DNA of 64,000 bases from Candidatus Multivoradales bacterium (GCA_965248055.1 CBDFIJ010000004.1:2464001-2528000), one strand, 5' to 3'; shown: positions 9,808 to 19,125, counted from the first letter of the stretch. Made by a program: numbers and translations. The notes: a model not told the origin generated them from the sequence alone.

Positions 9808-11442
9808 GTGACCACCGAAAGCTCATTGCCCAATCTGGTTGGCCACGGTGTCGAGACGACGCTGTTCGACGAAGCGGTCGAAGCGAAAGCTTTGGCGGCC
9901 CGCTACGACTTGGAGTTTGTCGATGTCGCTGACCTCCACATCGACAATGAATTGTTTCGCAGTGTTCCGCTCGAGTTGATGCTGTCCAATTCGTTTGTGC
10001 CTGAATCGTCGTCAGAGGAAAGCATCACCATTGTGATTGCTGATCCGACCGACGTCACCCGGCTGGATCAGCTTGAGTTATCGCTTGGCAAGCCGGTGGA
10101 CGTCAAGGTTGGAGTCGAGTCGGCGATTCGTGCCGTGTTGCAAAAATCCGAAGGTGCTCAGCAGGTTCTGGACCGAGCTACGGAAGGTTTGCGCCTGGAA
10201 CTGGTGCAGGATGAGGGTGACGGAGAAGATGTTCTTTCGTTGGACCGAATTTCTGCGGATTCAAGTCCGATTATCAAAATGGTGGATTCAACGGTGTTGA
10301 GCGCCATCCAACGGCGGGCCAGCGATATCCATATCGAAACTCGCGCCAGTGAAGTGATCGTCAAGTACCGTATCGACGGAGTTCTCTATCAAGCCATGGA
10401 GGCGATTGACAAGAAGCATCACAGCACCATTATCAGTCGAATTAAGGTGATGTCAGAGCTCGATATCGCCGAGAAACGAGTCCCCCAGGACGGGCGATTT
10501 AGGTTGTTGTTTCAAGGGCGCACAATCGATTTTCGGGTTTCGATCATGCCCTCTGTGCATGGCGAGGACTGCGTGATTCGGATCTTGGACAAAGAGTCGA
10601 TCGACGCCGACTTCAAGAACTTGCGCTTGGATATTTTGGGGTTTGATGGCGACATTTTGGTCAAGATGCGGAAGTTCATTCGTGAGCCGTACGGCATGGT
10701 CTTGGTCACCGGCCCGACTGGTTCGGGAAAGACCACCACTTTGTACGCTTGCCTGTCAGAAATTCAAAGTACCGAAGACAAGATCATCACCATTGAAGAT
10801 CCGGTTGAGTATCAACTGGTCGGGGTAACCCAGATTCCTGTCAACGAAAAGAAAGGACTGACTTTCGCCCGCGGCCTGCGCTCCATTCTTCGCCACGATC
10901 CGGACAAGGTCATGGTTGGTGAGATCCGTGACGAAGAAACCGCTCAGATTGCTATTCAAGCAGCGCTCACGGGTCATTTGGTGTTCACCACGGTACACGC
11001 GAACAACGTGGTCGATGTTCTGGGCCGTTTCTTGAACATGAACGTTGATCTTTATAACTTTGTGTCAGCGTTGAATTGCGTTCTCGCTCAGCGACTGGTT
11101 CGGCGCATCTGTCCTCACTGCAAAGAGGAGGTGGCCGGAGAATCTGCGCTCCTGGTGGAGAGCGGACTGGATCCGCGGGAGTATCTCGATCGGCCGTTCT
11201 TTCAAGGTCGTGGTTGTCTGGAGTGTTCGGGTACTGGCTTTCTGGGGCGTACTGCGATTTCCGAACTACTCGATCTTTCGGACGAAATACGGGAACTCAT
11301 TTTGGATCGTCGCCCAGCGTCAGAGATCAAACGGCGGGCAAAAAAAGAAGGGATGGAGTTTCTGCGTGAGTCAGCGTTGGCGCTCGCAATTTCTGGGGTA
11401 ACTACACTTCGTGAAATCAATAAAGTTACCTTCGTGGACTGA
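9808..11442 (+). CDS. GspE/PilB family assembly ATPase
   Basis: ASDIHIE, PQDGRF, Walker A GPTGSGKTTT, TIEDPVE, VGEIRD, TGHLVFTTVH, tetra-Cys CPHC..CLEC. Confidence 0.97.
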   Translation: MTTESSLPNLVGHGVETTLFDEAVEAKALAARYDLEFVDVADLHIDNELFRSVPLELMLSNSFVPESSSEESITIVIADPTDVTRLDQLELSLGKPVDVKVGVESAIRAVLQKSEGAQQVLDRATEGLRLELVQDEGDGEDVLSLDRISADSSPIIKMVDSTVLSAIQRRASDIHIETRASEVIVKYRIDGVLYQAMEAIDKKHHSTIISRIKVMSELDIAEKRVPQDGRFRLLFQGRTIDFRVSIMPSVHGEDCVIRILDKESIDADFKNLRLDILGFDGDILVKMRKFIREPYGMVLVTGPTGSGKTTTLYACLSEIQSTEDKIITIEDPVEYQLVGVTQIPVNEKKGLTFARGLRSILRHDPDKVMVGEIRDEETAQIAIQAALTGHLVFTTVHANNVVDVLGRFLNMNVDLYNFVSALNCVLAQRLVRRICPHCKEEVAGESALLVESGLDPREYLDRPFFQGRGCLECSGTGFLGRTAISELLDLSDEIRELILDRRPASEIKRRAKKEGMEFLRESALALAISGVTTLREINKVTFVD

Positions 11443-12352
11443 CGCCCTCCTGGGATTGGGAGAGATTGCGGTCCCTCCGCACGCTTTTTTTTTGGGGCCG
11501 GAGCGGCTCAGCTATGCCTCATTTCAAGACAGTTCCTCGGGGCGTGCATTGCTGCAAGAGGTGGAGGTGCCCATTTCACCTACTTGGTTTGGCGAGGGGG
11601 TAATCGGTGGGCCGATCCAAGAAGAGGCCGCTTTTCATACAGCCCTTGAGACCTTGATTGGAAAGTTGGTCGAGCCGCCCTCTAGCGCGAGTTTGGTGCT
11701 CCCAGGAGAGTGGATCCGCGCGACCTACCTCAATGTTGATCACACCCCCAAGAAGCGTGCTGAGCTGGATGAAGTTGTTCGGTGGAAGTTGCGCCAAGTT
11801 GTGCCTTTTCGCATCGACGATGTTCGTATATCTCATACCCAGATCGGGGCCGGCGATTCCAATCGATTTCTGGTGGCGTTCGCGATTGATCAATTTTTGC
11901 GGCAATTGGAAAGTGCTTTCAGCGCTCGAGGAATCACGCTCGGGTCGATCCAGCCGATCAGCTTGGCGTTGTTTGAAGTGGTTCCGCATGATGATGGCGT
12001 AGACGCTCTGTTGTGGGCGTCAGATCGAGCCGTCAGTTTGATCGCGCGAGAAGATGGCGATCCAGTGCTGTTGCGTTATCGTCGTATTCGCTCGGCGGAT
12101 TTGAAAGAATCAACCGTGCGGCGAGATCTTCGCCTCAGCCGATCCTGGTCAGAAGAAAACACCAAAAGTGGGATAACCCGGTTGCGAATCGCCGTTCCTA
12201 CCGAAGAGCGAAATCTATTTGAATCGTGGTGTAGGAAAGACCTGGGCGTGGAAACCGTGGAGCACTTGGATTTGTCTCCAAATAATTTGCCACCAGGGTC
12301 TGAGTGGCGCTTGGCACCGCTGCTTGGGGCGGTCAACCGGAGAGTCGCATAG
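11411..12352 (+). CDS. PilM/GspL-like cytoplasmic alignment protein
   Basis: Follows the ATPase; ASLVLP..VVRWKLRQVVPF segment resembles PilM; soluble. Confidence 0.7.
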   Translation: MKSIKLPSWTDALLGLGEIAVPPHAFFLGPERLSYASFQDSSSGRALLQEVEVPISPTWFGEGVIGGPIQEEAAFHTALETLIGKLVEPPSSASLVLPGEWIRATYLNVDHTPKKRAELDEVVRWKLRQVVPFRIDDVRISHTQIGAGDSNRFLVAFAIDQFLRQLESAFSARGITLGSIQPISLALFEVVPHDDGVDALLWASDRAVSLIAREDGDPVLLRYRRIRSADLKESTVRRDLRLSRSWSEENTKSGITRLRIAVPTEERNLFESWCRKDLGVETVEHLDLSPNNLPPGSEWRLAPLLGAVNRRVA

Positions 12353-12987
12353 TGCTCGGAAAGAGACCCGCGATTAACCTGGCTTCCGGCCCTTTTGAGA
12401 ATCGGCGGCCGATCTCAAGAGTCAAGTGGCTATTTCTGCTTCTCGGTGTGTTGCTATGGGGAGTGGTCGCGGTTAAGTTTTGGGACTATGCAGCCGGGTC
12501 GAGTGAAGAGACGCGAAATCAACTGATGATGGTAGAAGCAGAGATCGCCGAGTTGAGTCAACAATTGGATCAAGCGGAACGTCGACTGCAAGCGGCGGAA
12601 ATTGAACAACGCAACGAGCGCACCATGTTTCTCAACACCAAGCTCGGGGAGCGCGCGTTTCCTTGGAGTCGGCTTTTTCAAGATCTAGCTGCTGCGCAAC
12701 CGCGTGGTGTTCGGCTACGGCGAGTTACGCCCGACGTAGAAGAGTCAGAAGAAGAGTCCGGGTTGCCGAATTTTGCCAAGTTGAGCCTGGATGGGATCGC
12801 TCAAGAGAGAGATATCTGGTACGTCTTTGTCGACAAGTTGTTTGAGCACGAGAGCTTCGTTGCTCCCGAAATGTTATCTGAGAGCGAAGAAGACGAAGGG
12901 GGGACTGATTTTCGCCTCGATGTCCTCTATCGAACTGGATTGGCGGGACCGGGCAGCACAGCTACCACGGAAGGATTGTCCGAGTGA
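12352..12987 (+). CDS. PilN-like protein
   Basis: N-terminal INLAS (INLL-like) motif, one TM helix, coiled coil, PWSRLFQDL..PRGVRL. Confidence 0.8.
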   Translation: MLGKRPAINLASGPFENRRPISRVKWLFLLLGVLLWGVVAVKFWDYAAGSSEETRNQLMMVEAEIAELSQQLDQAERRLQAAEIEQRNERTMFLNTKLGERAFPWSRLFQDLAAAQPRGVRLRRVTPDVEESEEESGLPNFAKLSLDGIAQERDIWYVFVDKLFEHESFVAPEMLSESEEDEGGTDFRLDVLYRTGLAGPGSTATTEGLSE

Positions 12988-13550
12988 GTGCCTGGAGGCG
13001 TCATCGAAGCTCTTGGTTGGGACCGGTGCTGTTTGCGGTTCTGGGGTTGATCGCTCTGGGCAGCTACTACCTAGCGTTTAACGGTAAAGCTCGCGCTCTC
13101 GAAAGGAGACTGGAAAACCACCGGCAGTCGCGCGATGAACTGCATCAACAGTTGCAGATGGTTGCAGAATCTTTGGCGATGATGGACGCGGATGATCAGC
13201 GGATCGAGCAGCTATTCGGAACGATTGAAGATGTGCCCCGTCGTCTGACTCGCTACATTCGCTTGGTTCACCAATTGACCGAACGTTCAGGATTGGAAAT
13301 CTCCGGATCCGTTGGTTTCGGTTCGGAGGAAAATGAAGATTTCGGGCTGGCTGAGCGGACGATGGATTTTGATGTTCGCGGGGACTACGACTCGTTTCGT
13401 AGATTCATCAACATGCTGGAGTTGTCGGAAGAATTCCTGGCGGTTCGAGATGTGCGGGTGCAAGCCGATCGAGACAATCCGAATCAACTGCGGGTGGGAA
13501 TCAGTGTTTCCACCATGTTCGCTGCAGACCCACCGGTGCCCGAGGCATGA
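12984..13550 (+). CDS. PilO/GspM-like protein
   Basis: One TM helix, coiled coil, GDYDSFRRFINMLE motif. Confidence 0.8.
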   Translation: MSAWRRHRSSWLGPVLFAVLGLIALGSYYLAFNGKARALERRLENHRQSRDELHQQLQMVAESLAMMDADDQRIEQLFGTIEDVPRRLTRYIRLVHQLTERSGLEISGSVGFGSEENEDFGLAERTMDFDVRGDYDSFRRFINMLELSEEFLAVRDVRVQADRDNPNQLRVGISVSTMFAADPPVPEA

Positions 13551-14104
13551 AAAACTGGACTCGTCAGCACTGGTTGGTTGCGGGGTTGGTCTTGCTAATG
13601 GCCTACCTACTCTGGAGTCGCTTGATTGCGCCGGGTTTGGCAACCGAACAAGCGGTAGGGACTTCTAGTGTCCGCCGCAACGCGTGGGCGCCAGAGCAGA
13701 TCGTCGCTTTGAGAGCCGACTTGCTAGAGGTCGACGCTGGGGTCTACAAGAAAGGGCGCAACGTGTTTGCCTATCAGAGTCCGAAGCCAAAACCGAAGCC
13801 GAAGGCAGTGAGACGACCAGCCCCCAAACCAGCCCCGGAACAGTCGAAGAAACAGGAGGTAGTGCCGAAAGGACCTCAAAGGCCACAACTTCCGACATTG
13901 AATATGACGTATCTCGGGAGTTTTGGCCCGCGAAGGCGACCGATTGCTGTTTTTCGCGACGGAGAGGACCTCTACAACGTTAGAGTCGGCGATGTCGTGA
14001 AAGGCGAGTTCGTGCTGGTACAGGTGGGATTTGAATCAGCCGATCTTGGGTATGTCAACTTTCCGACTGAAGAACCGAAGCGCTTGGAGATCACGGGATC
14101 GTAG
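13547..14104 (+). CDS. PilP/GspC-like connector protein
   Basis: N-terminal TM, RNVFAY (RNPF-like), Pro/Lys-rich linker, beta domain YLG..AVF..VRVGD; lies before the secretin. Confidence 0.65.
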   Translation: MKNWTRQHWLVAGLVLLMAYLLWSRLIAPGLATEQAVGTSSVRRNAWAPEQIVALRADLLEVDAGVYKKGRNVFAYQSPKPKPKPKAVRRPAPKPAPEQSKKQEVVPKGPQRPQLPTLNMTYLGSFGPRRRPIAVFRDGEDLYNVRVGDVVKGEFVLVQVGFESADLGYVNFPTEEPKRLEITGS

Positions 14105-14129
14105 AATCCATTTATTGGGAACCGAGATA

Positions 14130-16619
14130 ATGATGAACCTGCCAAAATTCAAACGACCCGTTTTGCTGCTCACCACACTATTTCTGGTGTCTGCTTGCGC
14201 CAGTTACACCGGAGTGTGGGAAGCCAGGCAAGCCGAAGAAACGGGCGATTGGGATACCGCAGTCTTGCACTACTTGGAACTCACTGAGCGAGAGCCCAAC
14301 AACCTTTCTTATCGCACCGGCCTGATGCGTGCGCAGATGAAGGCGTCACAGGAACACTTGGAAAATGGACGCCTCTACTCGGAGGCTGGTTCCCTGGATG
14401 CCGCACTTCGGGAACTACAAAAGGCAGTGCAGCTGGACCGCAGCAATCAACTGGCACAAGTTGAACTGGAGAAAGCACGTCGAGCCGTGGCTGAGAGAGA
14501 GAGTGGAAAACGAGGCGAGAGTATTGAAGAGATGAAGAAGCGGGCTGCCGCCGAGCGCAGCCAACCACCGATTCTTAAACCTGCTGACGAGGAACCGATC
14601 GACCTGAGCTTTCCTCAGCCGCAAGACGTCAAAATTGTTTATCGAGCGCTTTGCGCTGCAGCCGGTATCAACGTCCTTTTCGCCCCCGATCTTCGCGACG
14701 CGACGATCCCAATCGAACTCACCGGAGTCACCTTCCAGCAGGGGTTGGAGTTGGTCATGCGCTCTGCCGGCCATTTCTACAAGGTCTACGCCGAAGACAC
14801 CATCTTCATCGCTGACGATACCCAGCAAAATCGCCGCTTGTATGAAGATCAAATGATCCAATCGTTCTTTTTGTCCAACGCCGACCCGGAGGCTGCTCTC
14901 AACGTCTTGCGCGCCTTGGTGGGTGCTCGTAACGTGGTGTCGAACGAAGACCTCAACGCGATTGTGATCAAGGATTCGGCGGATCGCGTGCGTGTCGCGG
15001 AGCAGATCATCGATACCTTCGACAAAGCCCGAGGAGAGGTGGTGGTCGATGTCGAGTTGTTGGAGGTCAACACCTCTGACTTACAAGACCTAGGCGTGAG
15101 CTTGAGTGCTTATCAAATTGGCCAAGGGCTAAATTTTGAAAACAATCAGGTTCCCTTGTCACAGGTGGAATTTCTCAATCAATCGGATTGGATTTTGTCG
15201 CTGCCGAGTTTGATCTACGATTTCGTCAAGGAGGAAACCAACGCCGAGATTCTGGCGCGACCGCAGTTGCGGATCAGCGACGGAGAAGACGCAGACTTAA
15301 CCATCGGCGAACAAGTGCCGGTTCCGGTCACCTCATTTAATTCGTCCCAGACAGTTGGTGGCAATATCGTTCCTCTAACCTCTTTTCAGTACCGAGACAT
15401 TGGAATCAAGATTCAAATCACTCCGCGCATCCACCACAACAATGAAGTCAGCCTGGTTGCTTCCATCGAAGTTTCCAGCATCACCGGGTTTGCTCCAGCT
15501 ACCGGAGGCGTGTCACAACCCCTGATTGGAACCCGACGCATTGAGTCGACCATTAGATTGAAAAACGGCGAGACGAACTTTCTCGCCGGGTTGCTGCGCA
15601 CCGACAACAGCGTGTCGAGTAACGGGGTTCCCGGGCTGAGTGAGATCCCGGTTTTGGGTCGGCTCTTTTCCAAGAAGAGGAAGCAGAAAGATCGTACAGA
15701 CTTGGTCTTGACGATTACCCCGCACATCGTACGGATGCCGGACATTACTCCAGAGGATCTGGCTCCCATTTGGGTTGGTACCGAGGAGAGCTTCTCGTTT
15801 CGCGGCGGTAGCCCTCGCATCGAGTCTGAGGAGAGAGGGCCGTTTGACGGTGAACAAGCGAGCGAATTGCAGCAACGGCTGCGTCGCCAATTGGAGGAAC
15901 TACCGCGAGATCTTCGCGAAAACCCCGACGCCGATGCGGACGAGGAAGAGGCTCCAGATACTTCGATCGTCGATCCGTCTGGTCCTAGTTCCCTGGGAGA
16001 CGGGAGAGACAATTCGTGGATTCCTGGGAAAGGTTCGCTGGCTAGCCCGTTTCAGTGGGTGGTCGCGTCGAATCGAATTCTTCAAGCGCAAACTGAAAGT
16101 GAGCCAGCGCATGCAGTTGAGGTTTTTCTAGCGGTCAACAGTGCGGTCTCCAGTCAGCGGGGTTCTGGAGGCGACCAACTCGGCGTTGCGATCAAGGTCG
16201 ATAGCCAGAAGGAGATTGCCCATCTTCCGATGGTCATCGAGTATGACCCAACGTTACTCAAGTTCGCTCAAATGACGACTGGCACATTTCTCGGCAGTGA
16301 CAGTGAGACCACAGCCATGGCCCACGAGCGCAAACCCGGGAGGCTGGTGATCGGGATCAGCCGCTTGGGGGATGGGGTTGGCTTCCATGGGCAGGGTGAA
16401 GCAGCCGTGTTGCAGTTCTACCAGGTCGCGCAAGGCGAATCAGAGATTGTCATTCGCCATGTCGCAGCGATGACTCCAGATTTGTCCCACATCAGTGACG
16501 TCCATTGGAGTGGGGTTAGGGTTGTGACCAACGAGCATGGGTTTATTGATAGGCCCGTTGAGGCAGATCCAAAAGAGCGTGCGAACGCCGCTCGCAGAAC
16601 GCGGCGACCTAGACCGTAG
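14130..16619 (+). CDS. Secretin (GspD/PilQ family), lipoprotein with TPR-like N-terminus and cohesin-like C-terminal domain
   Basis: Lipobox VSAC; secretin motifs GEVVVDVELLEV, LARPQL, IGEQVP, GVPGLSEIPVLGRLFS, LVLTITPHIV; C-terminal IEYDPTLLKF..GTFL..GRLVIGISR..G.GEAAVLQF. Confidence 0.92.
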   Translation: MMNLPKFKRPVLLLTTLFLVSACASYTGVWEARQAEETGDWDTAVLHYLELTEREPNNLSYRTGLMRAQMKASQEHLENGRLYSEAGSLDAALRELQKAVQLDRSNQLAQVELEKARRAVAERESGKRGESIEEMKKRAAAERSQPPILKPADEEPIDLSFPQPQDVKIVYRALCAAAGINVLFAPDLRDATIPIELTGVTFQQGLELVMRSAGHFYKVYAEDTIFIADDTQQNRRLYEDQMIQSFFLSNADPEAALNVLRALVGARNVVSNEDLNAIVIKDSADRVRVAEQIIDTFDKARGEVVVDVELLEVNTSDLQDLGVSLSAYQIGQGLNFENNQVPLSQVEFLNQSDWILSLPSLIYDFVKEETNAEILARPQLRISDGEDADLTIGEQVPVPVTSFNSSQTVGGNIVPLTSFQYRDIGIKIQITPRIHHNNEVSLVASIEVSSITGFAPATGGVSQPLIGTRRIESTIRLKNGETNFLAGLLRTDNSVSSNGVPGLSEIPVLGRLFSKKRKQKDRTDLVLTITPHIVRMPDITPEDLAPIWVGTEESFSFRGGSPRIESEERGPFDGEQASELQQRLRRQLEELPRDLRENPDADADEEEAPDTSIVDPSGPSSLGDGRDNSWIPGKGSLASPFQWVVASNRILQAQTESEPAHAVEVFLAVNSAVSSQRGSGGDQLGVAIKVDSQKEIAHLPMVIEYDPTLLKFAQMTTGTFLGSDSETTAMAHERKPGRLVIGISRLGDGVGFHGQGEAAVLQFYQVAQGESEIVIRHVAAMTPDLSHISDVHWSGVRVVTNEHGFIDRPVEADPKERANAARRTRRPRP

Positions 16620-16644
16620 GAATCAGCGTTGATTCCTACGGTCT
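16611..16644. other. Perfect 15-bp inverted repeat spanning the secretin stop codon
   Basis: agaccgtaggaatca-gcgt-tgattcctacggtct; no U-tract. Confidence 0.8.
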
Positions 16645-16663
16645 GGAAACCCCGGCGCCAACA

Positions 16664-17161
16664 ATGAATAGCGAACTTGCGCGACCAACAACAACCAGTT
16701 TGGAGACCCAGAGGGTCTGTGGCTATACCTTGATCGAGTTGGTGGTGGTGGCGGCTCTGTTGTCAATCATGGCTTTGGTCGCGCTGCCGACCGCCAAATA
16801 CACCATGAAGCGCTCCAGAGAGCTAGAGCTGAGTTCTGCGTTGCGCCAATTGCGCTTTGCGATTGATGAACACAAACGCTACGCAGACGCCGGGTTGATC
16901 GCGATTGAACAGGGAACGGATGGTTATCCCGAGGAAATCGAGGTCTTGTATGAAGGCATCGAACTGGTGAATAACACAGACGGTGAGGTTCGGTTCTTGC
17001 GCAAACTGCCGGTGGATCCGATGACCGGTGTGGATGAGTGGGGTATTCGCAGCACTCAAGACGATACCGACTCCAATAGTTGGGGCGGCGAGAACGTCTT
17101 TGACGTTTACTCTGAGTCTGAGGGGATCGGTTTGAACGGGATACCTTACGCGGAATGGTGA
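16664..17161 (+). CDS. Type IV pilin/pseudopilin (GspG-like)
   Basis: Prepilin site G|YTLIEL with E5; FLRKLPVDPMTG; C-terminal GIPYAEW. Confidence 0.92.
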   Translation: MNSELARPTTTSLETQRVCGYTLIELVVVAALLSIMALVALPTAKYTMKRSRELELSSALRQLRFAIDEHKRYADAGLIAIEQGTDGYPEEIEVLYEGIELVNNTDGEVRFLRKLPVDPMTGVDEWGIRSTQDDTDSNSWGGENVFDVYSESEGIGLNGIPYAEW

Positions 17162-17586
17162 TGCGACAATATCGATCTCAAAAAGGTTCGCACGGCTTCA
17201 CTTTGATGGAGTTGATCGTAGTGATTACGGTGATCGGCATCTTGGCGGTGATGGCTCTGCCGAACCTTAAGAATGTCCCTCGACGAGCCAGAGAGTCGGC
17301 TCTGAAGAACAACGTGCATACCATTCGCAGCGTAATCGACCAGTACAAAGCCGATCGGGGGGTCTATCCGCCATCCCTCGACGAATTAGTGGAAAGAGGG
17401 TACTTGCGCAGTGTGCCACTCGATCCGATCACTAAGAGCCGGAGTACTTGGCAACTGGAGTACGAGCAAATCGATAGTGAGGACCCGCCAGTGGAGGCCG
17501 ATGAAGACCAAACGCAAGGGATATTCGACGTTAAGTCCGGTGCCACGGGGGTCGATCTGCATGGCGTTCCCTATGCTGAATACTGA
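17155..17586 (+). CDS. Type IV pilin/pseudopilin (GspG/OxpG-like)
   Basis: G|FTLMEL; YPPSLDELVERGYLRSVPLDPIT; C-terminal GVPYAEY. Confidence 0.92.
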   Translation: MVMRQYRSQKGSHGFTLMELIVVITVIGILAVMALPNLKNVPRRARESALKNNVHTIRSVIDQYKADRGVYPPSLDELVERGYLRSVPLDPITKSRSTWQLEYEQIDSEDPPVEADEDQTQGIFDVKSGATGVDLHGVPYAEY

Positions 17587-18385
17587 CCGGTATCGGCCTA
17601 TCAACAGCGGCGGATACACCCTGGCGGGCCTGATGGTGGTGCTGGTAGTTCTTGAGATCTCCCTCGCTGTCTCTTTACCGTTGTGGAGTGCTGCTGTGAC
17701 CAGAGACAAAGAAGAAGAGATGATCTTTCGTGGCCTGCAGTACGCGGAAGCGATTCGCCTCTTCCAAGTGCAAAATGGTCGCCTCCCCGCAAGTTTCAAG
17801 GAGATCGTGGAGAACCAACCCAGAATCTTGCGTCAAGCCTGGATCAATCCGATTGAGGAGGAGATGGGATGGTTGCCGGTGATGCAACTGGAAGGCTCAG
17901 CGAATGGTCTTCAGCAAAGGCAACAGGACGGGCAAGGAAGGCAGGGTGCTCAAGCTGGGTCGGATCCGAGGCAAGACAACTCTGACCGAGATCGCCGTCG
18001 TCGTCGAGGCCGGGGTCAGAACGAAGAAGAAGAGCAACCGGAGCCTTTCCTCGGCGGCAGTTTAGAAGATCTGGAAGACAATCAGTACGGTCCATTTTCG
18101 GGCGTCAAACCGGGATCCACGGGCGAGTCGATGCTGGTCTATCTGGGCAGCGAAGACTATTCGGAATGGGAGTTTGCTCCCGAACATCTGATCCAACCGC
18201 CTAAACCCGATGGCACTTTGCCCACCCCACGACTGTGGTCGCAACGATTCTGGGTGCCGCTTCCAGGCATTGAACCAGAGAGCGGAGAAGGCCCTTCAGG
18301 ATTGGGCAACAATCAGCAGAACTTGGGCTCGCAGAATCAGGGTTCACAAAATCAGGGAGAGCTTCGGCGCAGCCGCCGTAATTAA
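17573..18385 (+). CDS. Large minor pseudopilin lacking E5
   Basis: G|YTLAGLMV; REEE-like RDKEEEMIFRG..YAEAI; low-complexity inserts. Confidence 0.8.
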   Translation: MLNTDRYRPINSGGYTLAGLMVVLVVLEISLAVSLPLWSAAVTRDKEEEMIFRGLQYAEAIRLFQVQNGRLPASFKEIVENQPRILRQAWINPIEEEMGWLPVMQLEGSANGLQQRQQDGQGRQGAQAGSDPRQDNSDRDRRRRRGRGQNEEEEQPEPFLGGSLEDLEDNQYGPFSGVKPGSTGESMLVYLGSEDYSEWEFAPEHLIQPPKPDGTLPTPRLWSQRFWVPLPGIEPESGEGPSGLGNNQQNLGSQNQGSQNQGELRRSRRN

Positions 18386-18403
18386 CCACAATAAGACATC
18401 AGG

Positions 18404-18865
18404 ATGATGCCGCCCCAGTTGTTGCAGATCACTGTCGCTCGATTGCCTCACGCGCAAGGCCTTCCCTTGCCCAGCCGCGGCTCGTCCCAGGCCGCCGGTT
18501 GGGATCTTCGAGCGGCGCTGAGTGAGCCGATTTCGATCGAGTCGTGCGAGCATCGGAGCATTCCTACCGGATTGCAAATCGCGATCCCCAGCGGTTGGGA
18601 GGGGCAGGTGCGACCGCGCAGTGGGCTGGCGGCTCGATCTGCGATCACGCTGACCAACGCTCCGGGAACGATCGACAGTGACTACAGGGGAGAGATCAAG
18701 ATCTTGATGATCAACCACGGCCAAGAGCCGGTGACCATCTACCACGGCGAACGCATTGCGCAGTTGCTATTTGCACCGGTTCCGGAGGTCGAGTGGATCG
18801 AAGTCGAGTCGCTCATTGCGACCGAACGCGGCGAAGGTGGTTTTGGGTCTACCGGCATTGACTGA
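18404..18865 (+). CDS. dut: dUTP diphosphatase
   Basis: AAGWDL, RPRSGLA, GTIDSDYRGE, RIAQL, RGEGGFGSTG. Confidence 0.97.
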   Translation: MMPPQLLQITVARLPHAQGLPLPSRGSSQAAGWDLRAALSEPISIESCEHRSIPTGLQIAIPSGWEGQVRPRSGLAARSAITLTNAPGTIDSDYRGEIKILMINHGQEPVTIYHGERIAQLLFAPVPEVEWIEVESLIATERGEGGFGSTGID

Positions 18866-18889
18866 CGGTTACCAACAACATCGTTGCAG

Positions 18890-18916
18890 TGAGGTGACGA
18901 CGAAGTCGTCACCTCA
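18890..18916. terminator. 12-bp hairpin after dut (possible terminator or stabiliser)
   Basis: tgaggtgacgac-gaa-gtcgtcacctca; no U-run directly 3' on the + strand. Confidence 0.5.
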
Positions 18917-19091
18917 AAATGCTTTCCACCCGGATAAATATTGATTCTGGTTTGGTTGGAACGAGAGACCGAACCGCAGTGCGCTTCATGGATAAATTCA
19001 CGGGCGGGCTATGTTCCACTTCATCATCGCATTCCGCCTCTGCCTAGCGTCGGACAGATCCCCGCCTCCGCTCCCGACCTGCTGCGGGGAT

Positions 19092-19125
19092 AAAGAAAAA
19101 GGCGCGACCCCGAAGGGCCGCGCCT
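19092..19125 (-). terminator. Rho-independent terminator of the TonB-dependent receptor gene
   Basis: Minus strand ggcgcggccc-ttcg-gggtcgcgcc followed by tttttcttt. Confidence 0.85.

Noticed and set aside
18404-18865. dut as a functional part of the pilus system (DNA uptake) or a phage gene
   Set aside because: It is an ordinary trimeric dUTPase and there are no comEA/comEC or phage genes nearby; adjacency alone is not evidence.
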